From an uncultured delta proteobacterium (GTDB lineage Bacteria; Desulfobacterota; Desulfobacteria; Desulfobacterales; B30-G6), in assembly GCA_963823335.1 (NCBI GenBank), contig CAWGLD010000006.1, positions 157,595 to 221,594 on the forward strand: a stretch of 64,000 bases of DNA, written 5' to 3'. Position numbers and translations under genes: made by a program. Numbering within the stretch: position 1 is the stretch's first letter; each line of letters starts with the position of its first letter. Shown in pieces: positions 61,575 to 64,000 of the stretch. The notes under the pieces are model-generated. The model had not been told where the DNA came from. It did no database searches and saw only the letters and a list, made by a program, of their open reading frames with translations.

Positions 61575-62548
61575 CTCTCGCCCGCTGTCGCTCGAGAACA
61601 CAGAGATCACAGGGAATTATAAGGACTTTCTCTGCGGCTCTGCGAACTCTGTGAGAGGTAATATTTTACTCTCGCCCGCTGTACGCTCGAGCTCTCAGAG
61701 GTCACAGAGAACTTATTTCCTTTATCTGATTCTTGAGAAGGGAGAATCAGATAAAACCACTCAAACAATATCCTCTCTTTTTATATTGATGACTCGAGTG
61801 ATTCCGTCCTTCAAAAACGGTTCATTAAAATATTGTATTGGTCAATACACGAAGTGTTGAGAGTTTTTCCTTTTCTTTCCCACTCAAAAGAAAAGGAAAT
61901 AATTAGTTCTCTGTGACTCTGCGCACTCTGTGAGAAGTAATATTTTACTCTCGCCCGCTTCGCTCGAGAACACAGAGAACTCAGAGAAAAATACTCAATC
62001 GGTACCCTTATTAACATCGTTAATGATTCGAGTAATTCCGTCCTTCAACAAAGGTTCATTAAAATTTATCAACAGCCCGAGTGGTTTATTTGCAATTTTT
62101 AAATAGGTCAACAATTGTTTTTTATGAACTTCTTTCACTTTTTCTACAGACTTCAATTCAACAATCACCGTGTCTTCTACCAGCAAATCTAACCGAAAAC
62201 CTTGATCACTAATTTCTTTTCCACGATAGAAAACGGGGCAAGGTTTTTCTCCTTCAACTTCTATTCCTATTTGGTTTAGTTCAATGATCATGCAAGATTG
62301 ATATACAGATTCAAGCAGACCAGGTCCTAATTCTTTATGGATGCGTATTGCAGCCTTGATGATATTTGAAGATATCTGATTTAACTCCATTTGTTTAAAT
62401 ATTTAATGGTCAATACACGAAGTGTTGAAAGTTTTTCCTTTTCTTTCCCCTCAAAAGAAAAGGAAATAATTAGTTCTCTGTGACTCTGAGATCTCTGTGA
62501 GAGATAAGATTTTCCTCTCGCCCGCTTTGCTCGAGACCTCAGAGAGAG
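61575..62548. mobile_element. Head-to-tail array of family G elements (CACAGAG/CTCTGTG repeats): mini unit, deleted unit, GxxExxY-bearing unit, partial unit
   Basis: CTCTCGCCCGCT..GCTCGAG starts at 61575, 61669, 61948 and 62515; right ends CTCTG..CTCTGTGAGA near 61657, 61937 and 62503. Confidence 0.85.
61995..62390 (-). CDS. GxxExxY protein (PD-(D/E)XK nuclease superfamily, PDDEXK_3-like)
   Basis: LGPGLLESVY, RLDLLVEDTVIVELKS, QLLTYL and GLLINF. Confidence 0.95.
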   Translation of the reverse strand: MELNQISSNIIKAAIRIHKELGPGLLESVYQSCMIIELNQIGIEVEGEKPCPVFYRGKEISDQGFRLDLLVEDTVIVELKSVEKVKEVHKKQLLTYLKIANKPLGLLINFNEPLLKDGITRIINDVNKGTD

Positions 62549-62581
62549 GCTCTAATTTTTTTTTGAGACGATCAAATTAGG

Positions 62582-63398
62582 CTATGGTTTGTTTGGTTGA
62601 TGCGTTGCCATGAACTTCTGCTGGGCAGCACGAAGCTTTCTGACGGCTTCGCTGGGGATCTCCGACAGACCCGAAGCTGGTACGTCAATTTTGCCGGTTC
62701 GATCGGGATGGGTTTGCACACACACGGATCCGGCCGGGAATTGGCCGCTAAAGTCTATATCACCCTGCATCAGGATTTGTGCCGGAACCCCCATTACCGT
62801 CGCACCGGCAGGAACATCCTGGACCACCGCGGAGTTCGCACCAATCGTTGCCCAGGGCCCCACCTTGAGATCCGGCATGATCGAAGCGTTTGTCCCCACA
62901 TACACGCCGTCACCGAGCTGAACGCGGGCATTGATTACGGCACCGGGCGCAACCACACATCCTCTTCCGACATGGCATCCGTGACCCACAAGTGACCGCA
63001 TCAAGGCCACCGATCCCGCCCCCACCGTCGCGTTCGCACACAGTTGGGCGCCCGGGTAGACGGTGATATCTCCATTGAAATCAACCCCCGAGGTGTCGAT
63101 ATCCGGATTGATAAGTGCACGCCAGAGGCAGACCGAATTCCTTGATTCTGTTCAAGGCGGACAGGCGTGCCTTAGTAGTCCGCGCCACCATGTTGGATAC
63201 CTCGTCAACATCCGGATCGGCGTGGGCAAGCATGCTGAAAGGCCCGGCTATCTCGATACCGAGTATCGAACGGCCATGTATTGCAGGGTTGTCATCCAGA
63301 ATGATCACCCTATCCCACCGGTTCTGGGCTTTGTTGACGGTCAGGGCCAGCCGGACCCCTTCAGGGTTCCCGGCGCCACATAGATACAACGTTTTCAT
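62582..63398 (-). CDS. NeuD/PglD-like sugar acetyltransferase (left-handed beta-helix), frameshifted near 63120
   Basis: N-terminal LYLCGAG..ILDDN; continues in another frame as ALINPDID.. hexapeptide repeats, IGANSAVVQDVP..VMGVPA. Confidence 0.8.
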
Positions 63399-63416
63399 TG
63401 CAATTTCCTTTCAGCA

Positions 63417-63458
63417 ATAAAATCGTGAAACGATTTCATGTAGCACGACTTCGTCGCT
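63417..63458 (+). repeat. Family C element, copy 7
   Basis: ATAAAATCG-tgaaa-CGATTTCAT gtag CACGAC-ttc-GTCGCT, upstream of the start at 63398. Confidence 0.72.
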
Positions 63459-63468
63459 TAAAATTATC

Positions 63469-63720
63469 TTCTCACAGAGTCCGCAGAGCCGCAGAGAACT
63501 AATTATTTCCTTTTCTTTTGAGATGAAAGAAAAGGAAATCTTCTCAACACTTCGTGTATTGACTGAGGTATTCGAACAGGGATTTGAACGCGAAAATATC
63601 TTATAGAACAAATCCGAAGGAATTGAGGAGTTTTGTCTGATTTTCCCCCTCGAAAAATCAGACAAAAAATAAAAATATCTCTGAGTTCTCTGTGTACTCG
63701 AGCGATAGCGGGCGAGAGTA
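63469..63720 (-). mobile_element. Empty family G element in inverted orientation
   Basis: TCTCACAGAGTCCGCAGAGCCGCAGAGAACTAATTATTTCCTTTTCTTT..CAACACTTCGTGTATTGAC..CTCGAGCGATAGCGGGCGAGAGTA, the reverse complement of both family G ends, with no ORF. Confidence 0.85.
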
Positions 63721-64000
63721 AAATTATTCGGATCTTCTCCCACTTTATATGAAAATAACTATTGGAAGATCTCTGATTGTTAGCATCTTCTATTCATTAT
63801 CTGTAATCAGCTTGGAATGTAATTTTTATATACGTGGTCTCTTTTAAGGAGCCAACAATTCGTTGTGCCCAGCTGATCGGTCATGTTAGTTGACGCGCTC
63901 GTGGCTTCAGTTGTGAATCGACCTCCAAAATGAATAGCAACATCCGTCTTTTTTTTGTAAAATACTTTTATGTTGTTTGTTCAATCAATTTGTATCCCAT

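Noticed and set aside
38616-63720. Family H or G arrays as a CRISPR array
   Set aside because: Units are 7-9 bp degenerate tandem repeats or whole elements, without constant 23-47 bp repeats and regular unique spacers; no cas genes are present.
1-64000. An IS transposase, integrase or RAYT serving the repeat elements
   Set aside because: No DDE, Y1/HUH, serine or tyrosine recombinase motif was recognised in any ORF; one could lie elsewhere in the genome.

Overview
Bacterial chromosomal segment, probably from an anaerobic deltaproteobacterium of the Desulfobacterales type (inferred from gene content). Roughly 1-34 kb holds metabolic and housekeeping genes: acyl-CoA synthetases, a thiolase, mutY, a three-subunit xanthine-dehydrogenase-family molybdoenzyme, nadE, lepB, a Liv-type ABC transporter with an embedded acyl-CoA ligase, an MFS transporter, two histidine kinases with a response regulator, and speB. 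Roughly 34-64 kb is a cell-surface/polysaccharide island: a nucleotide-sugar dehydrogenase, two convergent surface proteins ending in CF(I/V), a priming glycosyltransferase, a VanZ-LamG protein, rfbACD, UDP-glucuronate decarboxylase, a frameshifted formyltransferase-NRPS, an acetyltransferase and three toxin-antitoxin pairs. The most striking signal is non-coding. Most longer intergenic spaces contain one of about ten families of structured elements built from inverted arrays of 7-10 bp repeats. Four families share one symmetric plan: repeat array, long hairpin with a family-specific loop, mini-hairpin, variable core, then the mirror image. Stems vary between copies while the loops are conserved. 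Three repeat families flank an intact small gene (two four-helix-bundle proteins and one GxxExxY PD-(D/E)XK-type protein), and both empty copies and copies holding only the 3' end of such a gene are present. This looks like a system of small mobile cassettes, although no transposase lies in the window. No rRNA, tRNA, CRISPR array or reverse transcriptase was recognised. Family letters are my own labels.
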